DNA from: a virus
Lineage: Duplodnaviria; Caudoviricetes
IMG/VR virus record: IMGVR_UViG_3300020042_003419
Location: 1-54,624 of that record
Length of the DNA: 54,624 nt
Direction: 5' to 3' (one strand)
The position numbers and the translations under genes were made by a program. The notes beneath the pieces are model-generated. The model had not been told where the DNA came from and did no database searches. It saw nothing but the letters and a program-made list of their open reading frames with translations. Numbering within the stretch: position 1 is the first letter of the stretch; each line of letters starts with the position of its first letter. Of this stretch, positions 18,158 through 26,401 are shown piece by piece.

Positions 18158-19242
18158 ACAATGCCTCGCATAGTTTGAGCAAGGGTGCTGCTAACAAGAG
18201 TTGCTTTCATGTACGGCGTAAGGCTTTGGGGCGTAGCATGACCAGACAGTGCCATGATGTTGGGCAATGGTACACCAGCCTCCACCAGTTCCGTGATGGC
18301 AGTGCGGCGCAAGTCCATTAGCTTCAATTCTTTTGGTAAGTTCGCTTCACGCATAATTGTTTTGCCAACTCTTCCAAGGTTTATTAAAGTGTATGGTAAC
18401 AGACCACCCTTACGATCTTCTTGCGCTGATGGTGCAATGTATCGCTGCCAACCATAGTCTTTGTATTGCTGCCTAAGCATGCTTTGCAAATCCTCGGATG
18501 TTGGCAAAGACACCCTCGCCCTACGCTTGCTTTGCGTCAATGTTAACACACCAGTGTCAAGATTGTACATGTCCCATGTCAATGTTCGCATGTCACCTAA
18601 GCGCTGCCCCCATTCGTGTGCCATGTATACGATGAGGCCAACACTACGTTTATTAAATGTTGCAAACGACACATCCATAAATGCTTTTAAATCGTCTTTG
18701 CTCCACACAACACGGCGAGGTTTGTCTTGCATGCGTAGTATTTTGCCAAAGGGATTGAACGTGATGTAGCCTAGCCTGATTGCAAAGTTAAATACAAGTT
18801 TGTACACAGACACGCAATGGTTTGCTAACGACACACTGCTTGCAGCATACTCGTTGTACAACCGCTGACACATTGGTGCTGTAATGTTGCACAATATTGT
18901 TGACATGATGGGAGTGCTGCCTAGCTTACTGCCGTCCCAGAAGTTTAGATAATAAACATAATCCTTTCTGCTCTTTTCAGACAGCTTAGCATAGGAATCA
19001 GTGGCTAAGTAGGCACGGATTAAATCTGCAACAGTGGCTTTGGTGGTTAAGTTAGCTAAGTATTTTTTGTCACTACGCCAGTCATCATATGCAGCGTTAA
19101 GCTTTGCCGCCTGTGCCACCATATCAGTGTAGTTGTTGCTAAGGTTGTGACGTGTAACGACACCAGCCTCAACTGCTGATGATGGTGGGTTGTAGCGATA
19201 GCCGTTGCCCTTTCGCATAACATAGCGCGGTAGAGTTTTCAT
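18154..19242 (-). CDS. Tyrosine recombinase/integrase
   Basis: GQRLGD (R), SKR (K), MDLRRT, SGH and Tyr near the C-terminus; probable start ATG 19242 (ORF open to 19287). Confidence 0.9.
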   Translation of the reverse strand: MKTLPRYVMRKGNGYRYNPPSSAVEAGVVTRHNLSNNYTDMVAQAAKLNAAYDDWRSDKKYLANLTTKATVADLIRAYLATDSYAKLSEKSRKDYVYYLNFWDGSKLGSTPIMSTILCNITAPMCQRLYNEYAASSVSLANHCVSVYKLVFNFAIRLGYITFNPFGKILRMQDKPRRVVWSKDDLKAFMDVSFATFNKRSVGLIVYMAHEWGQRLGDMRTLTWDMYNLDTGVLTLTQSKRRARVSLPTSEDLQSMLRQQYKDYGWQRYIAPSAQEDRKGGLLPYTLINLGRVGKTIMREANLPKELKLMDLRRTAITELVEAGVPLPNIMALSGHATPQSLTPYMKATLVSSTLAQTMRGIV

Positions 19243-19315
19243 TTTGTAAAAACAATTAGGGTTAAAATGAAGTAGATAATCTCCCAAAGGGAAATTGAAT
19301 CATCATAAATGATAG

Positions 19316-19552
19316 TCATGTGTTCTTACTCCGTAATGCGGCTTCAATCATGGATGCAAATTCCTGTGGCCCCATTCGTTTGTAATACGTGTCGTGTATC
19401 TCTTGCACTTCTTTCTGCGTCAGCCCTACCCACGGGCGTTGATCTGGGCTATTTGCAAGAGATTTAAAAAAATCATTGTCCACCGGACGCTGCTCTGGCT
19501 GTGCTGCGGGTGGGGTGGGGCACATCTGCAATGCTTCGTCTTTAGTCATCAT
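19316..19552 (-). CDS. Hypothetical protein
   Basis: PPAAQP...RPWVGLT...FA..IEAALRSKNT pattern seen in small phage proteins; ATGA overlap. Confidence 0.7.
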   Translation of the reverse strand: MMTKDEALQMCPTPPAAQPEQRPVDNDFFKSLANSPDQRPWVGLTQKEVQEIHDTYYKRMGPQEFASMIEAALRSKNT

Positions 19553-20382
19553 GCACCATTCTTATAAAGATTAACCGTCATATCAACAATATCATTATGC
19601 TTATACAACACATCAAGCCACCGCTTAGGTATGTTGCCATATCCATACAACCTGCCAGCAATCATACCAGCCACTGCACCAACTGTATCGGCATCACCAC
19701 CTTTGTTTACGGCATGCACCACAGCATCTTCAAAGCATGATGTGGCAAGCACAGACTCCCATGCTGATCCATAGCAACCCATGACAGATGTGTCAGGCTT
19801 ACCATGAGCAAGCCTCATAAGCACATCGTCAGGCTTAGCAGTGCCACTGTGCAACTCAAGGGCAAGCTGTGATGTATAACGCACTGTTTGACTTGTGCCA
19901 TGTGTCATCAATGCAATTGCTACGCTCTGCCCAATAGCTTGTGCCATGTTGCCATGATTGGCAATGATGATGGGGGCCAGTCGCATGATGGAGCCATTAC
20001 CGTTTGACATGTATGCAATGGAGCCAGCATAGGGGTGCTTGGCGTCAAACTTAGAACGGCTTAGCGCATCACGGGTGTTGTTGCCAATGTCAAACACATG
20101 GTCACGGGTTCCAAAGTCGCCATAGTTTGCCCAGCTTTGGAAGTTGCGAGCAATGGCAACAGGTGCAAAGTCTCCTCCATATCCTACGTATGCATCGGCA
20201 ATGCACATCATCATGGCTGTGTCATCTGTCCATTCTCCGGGGGATGTGTTATGCACACCACCACCAACCATTTCAGTTAGCTGTTCATTGGCAGCAGACG
20301 GGCCACAGAACTCCAAAGGTGCGCCAAGTGCGTCACCCACAGCACCGCCAATAAACATTCCTAAAGCTTCATCGTATGTCAT
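19549..20382 (-). CDS. ADP-ribosylglycohydrolase (DraG/ARH family)
   Basis: GDALGAP, WTDDT, DIG, GNGSIMRLAP, TH, GGDADTVGAVAG. Confidence 0.95.
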   Translation of the reverse strand: MTYDEALGMFIGGAVGDALGAPLEFCGPSAANEQLTEMVGGGVHNTSPGEWTDDTAMMMCIADAYVGYGGDFAPVAIARNFQSWANYGDFGTRDHVFDIGNNTRDALSRSKFDAKHPYAGSIAYMSNGNGSIMRLAPIIIANHGNMAQAIGQSVAIALMTHGTSQTVRYTSQLALELHSGTAKPDDVLMRLAHGKPDTSVMGCYGSAWESVLATSCFEDAVVHAVNKGGDADTVGAVAGMIAGRLYGYGNIPKRWLDVLYKHNDIVDMTVNLYKNGA

Positions 20383-20399
20383 ATTTTTCCTTTTAAGGT

Positions 20400-20466
20400 G
20401 AGGGTACTCGCTGCACTGGATTGATCTGTGCTAGTAACGGCGCACCCCAGCATCTGCTTTCCCCTC
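20400..20466 (-). ncRNA. Putative structured RNA with loop-E/sarcin-ricin-type internal loop
   Basis: Minus strand: GAGGG/CCCUC stem, GAAA opposite GAGUA, further GC/GC, UGC/GCA and UGG/CCA helices, GUGC/GCAC hairpin. Confidence 0.6.
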
Positions 20467-20473
20467 GTAAACA

Positions 20474-21313
20474 TTACGCTGCAATAGCGTCTGCAATGTC
20501 CCACAGTTCTGCATTGATACGGACGTGTTCCTTGATGGATGACACATTACGTGCCTTCCGCAGATGCCCTTCAGGATGTGACGGGTTCAAGCTCTTAACG
20601 AATGCATTGCCACGGATGACACCTTCCTGAATGCGGTTGAACACAGTGAAGGCATCCATGTAGTTGTCTTGCCACCGTGTAGGTGTCAGCACATTGGTGA
20701 CGGTGTGGTCAGTGGCAAACACACCTTTTGTTTGTCCATCATACATGTCCCAACGTGTTTGCACACTACGGCGAGCAACATCACGGGCATCCTCAACGGT
20801 GAGGGTGATGCCACGCAGTCGTTCCATACGCTCCATCAACGATGGCAATGTGGCAACGGTGGTGTTGAGCATTTCTTCAAAGCCTGACAGCGCTTTGCTG
20901 TGATACACACGGCTTTGGAAGCCTTCGCCAGCAATGATGCCGTTGCTGCAAATGAACCGGAAACAACCAGCGAATAGCTTCACGCTGCCAGTGCCATCAT
21001 GGCTGTTGTACAAGATGATCTCAGGACGGATGCCGGTGCCATCGTCACCGTTCATGGGCTTGGCAAAGGCAACCATGTGGCTTGCATGGTCAGCAGCACC
21101 AGCAATACGGCTACGCTTTTGTGCTGCTTGCACAGGCTCATATCCATAGTCTGCCAACACAGGGATGATGTCGCTAGTATGCAACGACACATACCTATCT
21201 GTCAGGCGGTCTGCCTTGGTTGTGCTGTACACGGCAGGTGCCAATTGCTTGATACGCTCTGCTGTCAGGGCTGTGTTGTTAACATTGCGAGAGAAGATTA
21301 CATGGTTTGCCAT
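20474..21313 (-). CDS. DUF932-family protein
   Basis: AP.V......RY...T, PEIILYNSHDG.GS..L.AG.FR.ICSNG, FNRIQE, N.ELW; start 21313 after AAGGA. Confidence 0.85.
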   Translation of the reverse strand: MANHVIFSRNVNNTALTAERIKQLAPAVYSTTKADRLTDRYVSLHTSDIIPVLADYGYEPVQAAQKRSRIAGAADHASHMVAFAKPMNGDDGTGIRPEIILYNSHDGTGSVKLFAGCFRFICSNGIIAGEGFQSRVYHSKALSGFEEMLNTTVATLPSLMERMERLRGITLTVEDARDVARRSVQTRWDMYDGQTKGVFATDHTVTNVLTPTRWQDNYMDAFTVFNRIQEGVIRGNAFVKSLNPSHPEGHLRKARNVSSIKEHVRINAELWDIADAIAA

Positions 21314-21351
21314 GATGTGTTTCCTTAGTGGAAGTTGTTGAGGAGGGCCAG

Positions 21352-21380
21352 ATTGTGCCAACTTTAAAAGTGTTTGTCAA
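21352..21380 (-). promoter_or_regulatory. sigma70-type promoter
   Basis: TTGACA-N17-CACAAT upstream of the DUF932 gene. Confidence 0.7.
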
Positions 21381-21413
21381 ACGATGGCAATAATTCTTGA
21401 CTAGTTTGCGGGG

Positions 21414-21638
21414 TTATTGCGGTGCTTTGAGAGGCACTACGGGGGTTGCTGCGCTGAAGTGGATGATGCCCTCAAAGCCAGCGGCCTTGCCTATGGTGAT
21501 ACACAGGCTGTACATGCCATCAACGTGATCAAAGTAGTAAGGCACGTTATCAAATTCAAAATAGCTTTCGCGGGGCAGGTTGTACAGCTTCTGTACTGGC
21601 AAGCGTTCAAAGTCTGCAAGATCGTGTTCATTTAGCAT
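21414..21638 (-). CDS. Hypothetical early protein
   Basis: Start MLNEHD after AAGG; FDHVDGMYSLC motif. Confidence 0.65.
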   Translation of the reverse strand: MLNEHDLADFERLPVQKLYNLPRESYFEFDNVPYYFDHVDGMYSLCITIGKAAGFEGIIHFSAATPVVPLKAPQ

Positions 21639-21810
21639 AGTTTGCGTACCTTTCATTGTGTTGTTGCTTCTGCAACCATGCCTCAAACTCGCCAGCATGC
21701 TTGCCTATCTTGTATTGTTGTGCATCTTCTGCGTTGTCCCACCATTGCGACTTATCGCAAGGCAGGTCTGCATACCCATCGGCAAAGCCTTGTTGGTACG
21801 GGGTTGTCAT
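21628..21810 (-). CDS. Hypothetical early protein (weakly Rmf-like YxxG pattern)
   Basis: YQQGFADG...YKIG; TGATG overlap with the upstream gene. Confidence 0.6.
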   Translation of the reverse strand: MTTPYQQGFADGYADLPCDKSQWWDNAEDAQQYKIGKHAGEFEAWLQKQQHNERYANYAK

Positions 21811-22076
21811 CAGTACATCACAGCACGTTGACCTTCAACGGCAATAGACACGATGGTGTCACGGTTGACGTTACGATATGCCTTCTTCTGCATATCATAC
21901 ACAGTGATGTATTGTTGTGCGTTGTTGGTGCTATCACCACTCTTCAGTGCCTTGGTAACACCTAAGCGGCAGTTCATAGCACGGGCAGTGCCAGCCTTGG
22001 TGATGAAGGTGACGGTGACGAACTTGCCAGCACTGGTGGCGAGCAAGTTAGCAAAGGCGTTTGAAATGGTTTTCAT
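21810..22076 (-). CDS. Small beta-barrel (SH3-like) phage protein
   Basis: F.TVTF.TK.G..R.MN.RLGV...VYD..K..YR.VN pattern; AAGGA SD. Confidence 0.65.
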   Translation of the reverse strand: MKTISNAFANLLATSAGKFVTVTFITKAGTARAMNCRLGVTKALKSGDSTNNAQQYITVYDMQKKAYRNVNRDTIVSIAVEGQRAVMY

Positions 22077-22143
22077 GTGTGTCCTTGAAAGCTTGGGAAT
22101 ATTCCCTCAATGCAACCACGTTGGTAGCTGCATTGGGTGACGA

Positions 22144-22356
22144 TTACCGTAGGCTGTGCAAACGATCTAGCATGGCATCACGCTCACACCACAGCTTGAC
22201 TGCGTAGGGCGTCATCGGCACCATCGTAGTGCTGTCGGCCTGTAGCGGTAGTGTGGCGTCAATGTCGGCAATGGCTGCTTTGCATTGTGCTTTGTCGTAC
22301 TGCTTTGCCTTGGTGGCATACAGCTTAGACATGTCGGTGTAGGAGAGGGGTGGCAT
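22144..22356 (-). CDS. Hypothetical early protein
   Basis: AAGGA SD directly downstream of a promoter cassette. Confidence 0.65.
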   Translation of the reverse strand: MPPLSYTDMSKLYATKAKQYDKAQCKAAIADIDATLPLQADSTTMVPMTPYAVKLWCERDAMLDRLHSLR

Positions 22357-22399
22357 GTGTGTCCTTCAGAACGGTGCAGCGAAATTGCTGCTGGGTTGC

Positions 22400-22429
22400 A
22401 TTGTAAGAGCAATTGAATGCCCTTGTCAA
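22400..22429 (-). promoter_or_regulatory. sigma70-type early promoter (repeated cassette)
   Basis: TTGACA-N18-TACAAT, near-identical to 25849-25878. Confidence 0.8.
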
Positions 22430-22440
22430 CTGTGGGGTTA

Positions 22441-22749
22441 TTAAAGCAGTTCGACTGGTACATCTACTTCGTCGCCTAGCTTGCTTGCAACGTAGCAGCG
22501 CATGGCTGCAATCAGGGGTGTGATGCCTGTTGCACCAAATGCAATGTCAGCGGATAGATCATAAGAAGCAAACCATATTCCCTGATCGTCGCACTCAATG
22601 CCAATCTTCTCACGCTCAATAATCGGCCCACCTAAGAGCCAGTCCGTCGAGTAGGGCAGACCCATACCTCCAACTTTGAGGGGTTCGTCACCCTCACAGA
22701 ACGCCACCGCCGAATCAAGGTCATTTTCTGTCAGTTCACATGGATTCAT
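22441..22749 (-). CDS. DUF2591/NinX-like protein
   Basis: YSTDW..GGPIIERE.I...G.TPLIAAMRCYVASKLG. Confidence 0.8.
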   Translation of the reverse strand: MNPCELTENDLDSAVAFCEGDEPLKVGGMGLPYSTDWLLGGPIIEREKIGIECDDQGIWFASYDLSADIAFGATGITPLIAAMRCYVASKLGDEVDVPVELL

Positions 22750-22943
22750 TTCAATTCTCCAATCATGTAAGCGGTTTGGTTTGCAATGTCAGGTGTGATG
22801 ATGAATGGCACATCAAAGTCGGTCATGTTCTCCATGAACTCCCGCGCTTTGACCCTCGATGTGAATGACGCAACGTATCGCCCTGCATAATAAACCTTGT
22901 ATGTCCAGCGTTTCTTTTTCATAACATTTTCCTTATTTAACAA
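22746..22943 (-). CDS. Hypothetical early protein
   Basis: Packed ORF; start more likely 22922 after AAGGA. Confidence 0.6.
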   Translation of the reverse strand: MLNKENVMKKKRWTYKVYYAGRYVASFTSRVKAREFMENMTDFDVPFIITPDIANQTAYMIGELK

Positions 22944-23205
22944 TGGATTGAAACCTGTCGTAGCCCCTGATTTTGCTGTCGTTGTTGCTCACCTTCTCCC
23001 TGAACACAACGCTGTACTCTGCCTCACGCAGTGCCTCGACCACTAGCATCAGGTCACAGTCTTCCTCTAGGTATACGTTGTCACGTAGCTGGTAGCTGTA
23101 GCTGCTAATCAGGTGCTCAACGCTTAGTTCAAGCAACACCTCCCGTTTAACCTTGCCCCATGCATGTCCTGAGTCGCTGTATACAGTGATGGTAAATTTC
23201 TTCAT
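22933..23205 (-). CDS. Hypothetical phage protein
   Basis: SD.GH.W..V...IS.YSY.....VYLEEDCD pattern. Confidence 0.7.
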   Translation of the reverse strand: MKKFTITVYSDSGHAWGKVKREVLLELSVEHLISSYSYQLRDNVYLEEDCDLMLVVEALREAEYSVVFREKVSNNDSKIRGYDRFQSIVK

Positions 23206-23570
23206 GATAATGCGCCTTTAATGTCCGATAGTTGTGATGCCAGTGAATATGCTTCAGTGTATGCCATGTCGCTGTTTGTGTTAAATCGTCCTTGCTCGAT
23301 GTAGTTTCCTGCCAACCCGTTTAATGTTGACACAATCAAGTCGGTGCCATGTTCGTTTTTCACTGTAGTGATGCGAACATTAGTGCCAAAGTATATGTGC
23401 CGTTGCTTGCTTATATGTGTCATGCTGTATTTACTTGCTCGCTTGTTTGCATCTGCCTCATCATCATAAACTGCCATGTTTCGCCAATCATCAAAGTCTA
23501 CCCTGTAGCGTTGCAACATGTAGCAACCATCGAGGGGGATGACACGGACAATGGTTTCATCATCATACAT
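23202..23570 (-). CDS. Hypothetical early protein
   Basis: Start MYDDE after AAGGA; ATGA overlap with the next gene. Confidence 0.65.
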   Translation of the reverse strand: MYDDETIVRVIPLDGCYMLQRYRVDFDDWRNMAVYDDEADANKRASKYSMTHISKQRHIYFGTNVRITTVKNEHGTDLIVSTLNGLAGNYIEQGRFNTNSDMAYTEAYSLASQLSDIKGALS

Positions 23571-23913
23571 AAATGTATCCTTTTTTATCGGTAACAATCA
23601 ACACGGCTGACGTTGATGCCAGTATGGGGTCACCAGTGCCACATAGAACAAAATTGCTGCCCTTGTAGGGGTTGTAGATGACACGGTGGGTGCCTTCAAT
23701 GTAGTTGTCCACAAGGGTGCCAACGACACCAGCATGCACATTCTTGCGTTGTTCCTTCAACACACGTTGACGCCCTGCCTCAGACACCTTGAACGTCACC
23801 TTCTCCAATGCCACATAATGAGCATGCTTGATGACACGGCCTTTGCACTCGCCTTCAAGGGCTTTGACGCTGAAACACTTGCGGTGCAGGTTGAAATAGA
23901 CGAATACTTTCAT
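23563..23913 (-). CDS. Hypothetical phage protein
   Basis: VYFNLH...FSV...F.VSEAGRQRVL.E.RKNVHA pattern. Confidence 0.75.
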   Translation of the reverse strand: MKVFVYFNLHRKCFSVKALEGECKGRVIKHAHYVALEKVTFKVSEAGRQRVLKEQRKNVHAGVVGTLVDNYIEGTHRVIYNPYKGSNFVLCGTGDPILASTSAVLIVTDKKGYIYV

Positions 23914-23925
23914 AATTGTTTTCTT

Positions 23926-24300
23926 TCAGGAATGGTTAAAAACTTTACGTGAAACGATACCATTAGCGACAGGTCTTGGTGTTTCGTATCGCAGGGCATC
24001 ACTCAGATGATACATATATTTTGCATCTTTAATGTAGAAAATACTGTGCTTCGCAACAAGATGTTTTTCATACAGATCATCAAACACCATGTGGTCAGTG
24101 ACCAATGAGCATCCGACAATTTTAACTTGACCAATTGCAAAGGCTTTGCCTTTTCCTGTTCGCACAATTGCAACAGTTTTTTCAATGTAAGGGTGCAAGC
24201 TTTTACTTCCCCTTGTTTCGATGGTTTTGATACCGTCAACAATGAGGTCTGCAAACGGTATGTCAGTGTTTCGCACATTGATTCCGATCATGGCATTCAT
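23926..24300 (-). CDS. ASCH domain protein
   Basis: PFADLIVDGIKTIETR (GxKxxExR). Confidence 0.75.
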   Translation of the reverse strand: MNAMIGINVRNTDIPFADLIVDGIKTIETRGSKSLHPYIEKTVAIVRTGKGKAFAIGQVKIVGCSLVTDHMVFDDLYEKHLVAKHSIFYIKDAKYMYHLSDALRYETPRPVANGIVSRKVFNHS

Positions 24301-24301
24301 G

Positions 24302-24487
24302 TTATGCCCCTAGCTTGTTGCGCTGTGCCACAGCATAGCCACTAGCATACACAGTGGCACCATCGTCATAGCATGCGGCCCATTGGAGCGCTTCCTTGAA
24401 CGTGATGGCATAGTGACGCTTGGTATAGCCCCTGCCGATGACGGTGTAGCCTATGCGGCTTGCAATGTAGTTTGTGATGGTTTGCAT
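24302..24487 (-). CDS. Hypothetical early protein
   Basis: AAGGAAACAC leader shared with neighbouring early genes. Confidence 0.65.
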   Translation of the reverse strand: MQTITNYIASRIGYTVIGRGYTKRHYAITFKEALQWAACYDDGATVYASGYAVAQRNKLGA

Positions 24488-24500
24488 AACGTGTTTCCTT

Positions 24501-24758
24501 TCAGGAATGATTGAGGGGTGTCAGCAACAGTGATGCATCAACAGTGACAGCATCATTGCTGTACATCAACTGTGCCATGATACGACTACCATCGTGGCTG
24601 TTTCGCAATTCAGTGACAGTGTAGACCTGTGCATCGTTGCTGTCGTTCATCACCACTTTGTCACCAACGCTGACAAGCTTAGGTTTACGATTCTGTAGCT
24701 GAGCATAATGCAAACGGGCATCGTCACGGTCAAAGCCGTTTCGTCGTGTTGTATACAT
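24501..24758 (-). CDS. Hypothetical early protein
   Basis: Start MYTTRR after AAGGAAACAC. Confidence 0.65.
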   Translation of the reverse strand: MYTTRRNGFDRDDARLHYAQLQNRKPKLVSVGDKVVMNDSNDAQVYTVTELRNSHDGSRIMAQLMYSNDAVTVDASLLLTPLNHS

Positions 24759-24771
24759 GGTGTGTTTCCTT

Positions 24772-24948
24772 TCAGGAAAGTTGATCTTGGATGATGTATG
24801 TCGATGCAGCCAGTGCATCTTTGATGGAATCTACGGCCCATCCGGTATACGACTGCCCTTCGTTATCAAAGAACAATTCATACACTTGTGCAGAATCATC
24901 AAATTGTGCCCATATTTCTATGCCTGATTTTTTCGCTATCAAACGCAT
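24772..24948 (-). CDS. Hypothetical early protein
   Basis: Start MRLIAK after AAGGAAAC. Confidence 0.65.
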   Translation of the reverse strand: MRLIAKKSGIEIWAQFDDSAQVYELFFDNEGQSYTGWAVDSIKDALAASTYIIQDQLS

Positions 24949-25023
24949 TATCGTTTCCTTTAGGAAATAGTGCAACAGTACACTGCAAAGGGCCTTAGCC
25001 CTTTACGCTACACTGTAAGCTGA

Positions 25024-25797
25024 TCAACCAACGTAAGCCGCCTTCGCTGTGCCGTGGGCCACAATGGCAATTGACTTTGCCTTCACTGTAGTGCCGCCAC
25101 ACAATTTGCAAGCTTCACAAGTGGTCTTTGCACCTGCTTCAATTGATGCGGGGCACAGTGCCTCATTCTTGTCCAAAGCAAGCTTACCCTCAGCGGCCCA
25201 TTGTTGCACTGGAATGACACGGAATGTACGCTGTCCCATGTTCCATGCTTGCTTTGCAACGCTTAGGTTGTCGGCTGACACCATGTACAGCGCAGCGTTA
25301 AACGATGCCTTTGGCAAAGCGCTTTGGTGGCTGTATCCGGTGTGTCCTTCAGCTTCGCTGATCAACTCATTCCAAACGCTTTGCCGTACGGCAGCCCCGT
25401 CACCATAGGTGCCGATTCTCACCATACGGCCACGGCCCAATGATGCCAATTGGCTTTGTGTCGCAACGGGATACTTACCGGCCTTGAAACCATTGTAAAC
25501 AATCAACACGCCTTGTCCCATGTTGACATAGCATGTACGGCCCTTGGCAAGCTTCGTATCAGGATTGTTGGTAGCAGTGCCACGATGGATACAATTGCCA
25601 CAAATGGAATAGTCTTCGCCGCTCTTATTTGCATCACGGGGATCTATGTCACTACGCAGTATGTAGGTTTGCACCATACCGCCGGTTTTTTTGTTGAGGC
25701 TTTTGCCGGTCAGTGCCACAACGACAATGGGTTTGCCATCAAGCTCGCTTGGGCCTTGATATATGATGTAGCCGGTAGGTGCTTTGATACGTGTCAT
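25024..25797 (-). CDS. Cys-rich putative Fe-S / radical-SAM-like early protein
   Basis: N.KTG, CGNC-x19-CY, RIGTYGD, HTGYSHQ, CPA...CEACKLC; start 25797 after AAGG. Confidence 0.55.
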   Translation of the reverse strand: MTRIKAPTGYIIYQGPSELDGKPIVVVALTGKSLNKKTGGMVQTYILRSDIDPRDANKSGEDYSICGNCIHRGTATNNPDTKLAKGRTCYVNMGQGVLIVYNGFKAGKYPVATQSQLASLGRGRMVRIGTYGDGAAVRQSVWNELISEAEGHTGYSHQSALPKASFNAALYMVSADNLSVAKQAWNMGQRTFRVIPVQQWAAEGKLALDKNEALCPASIEAGAKTTCEACKLCGGTTVKAKSIAIVAHGTAKAAYVG

Positions 25798-25848
25798 GTT
25801 ATGTTTACCTTTGGTAATGACGGCAGCAAAATCGCTGCGTTGGGTTGC

Positions 25849-25878
25849 ATTGTAAGGGCAATTGAATGCCCTTGTCAA
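25849..25878 (-). promoter_or_regulatory. sigma70-type early promoter (repeated cassette)
   Basis: TTGACA-N18-TACAAT; spacer forms the inverted repeat AAGGGCA-N6-TGCCCTT. Confidence 0.8.
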
Positions 25879-25904
25879 ATGTAGGGTTATTTAAAAGCTT
25901 TGCT

Positions 25905-26096
25905 TCAATATGTGAAGCCTACATATACAGGCTTGTCTGCCTTGATGTATATGACACGGTTGATGTCATCGGTATCGGTCAACTCAAACGACTTTGTCGT
26001 TCTGTCGTATGCACCCTTGATGTATACAGCTTTGCTGTCAGCTTTGCGTTTGACGAAATCACCTGATTTTACGTTTTTGATGATGATGCTTTGCAT
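25905..26096 (-). CDS. Hypothetical early protein
   Basis: AAGG SD, 63 aa. Confidence 0.7.
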   Translation of the reverse strand: MQSIIIKNVKSGDFVKRKADSKAVYIKGAYDRTTKSFELTDTDDINRVIYIKADKPVYVGFTY

Positions 26097-26135
26097 GATG
26101 TGTTTACCTTTGGTAAGAGTGAATGATTTTCGTTT

Positions 26136-26312
26136 TTAAGCCAGCAACGCATTGTACAATTCATACAATTCATTGTATGTAGCAACCTTCCCTGTTGCTA
26201 CAGCAACAAGCATAGACATGTTATCTACGTTACATATGCTACATGATTGAAGCTTCGCCGCATCGTAAAGCTTTGCTTTTTGTAGGGCGCTGATGATGTA
26301 CTTTGTTTGCAT
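26136..26312 (-). CDS. First gene of the early arm, hypothetical 58 aa (absent from the ORF track)
   Basis: MQTKYIISALQKAKLYDAAKLQ...LYNALLA*; AGGA SD; follows the promoter at 26359-26388. Confidence 0.6.
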   Translation of the reverse strand: MQTKYIISALQKAKLYDAAKLQSCSICNVDNMSMLVAVATGKVATYNELYELYNALLA

Positions 26313-26358
26313 GATGGTGTGTCCTATAGAACCTCAGCAAAATCGCTGATTGGCCTCA

Positions 26359-26388
26359 ACTGTAACGACTTTCCAATACCCCTGTCAA
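26359..26388 (-). promoter_or_regulatory. sigma70-type early promoter (repeated cassette)
   Basis: TTGACA-N18-TACAGT with the same upstream AACCCCACAG as the 22400 copy. Confidence 0.75.
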
Positions 26389-26401
26389 CTGTGGGGTTTT
26401 T

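Noticed and set aside
20400-20466. tRNA, TPP riboswitch or terminator
   Set aside because: No cloverleaf or TTC loop, no CUGAGA core, no U tract
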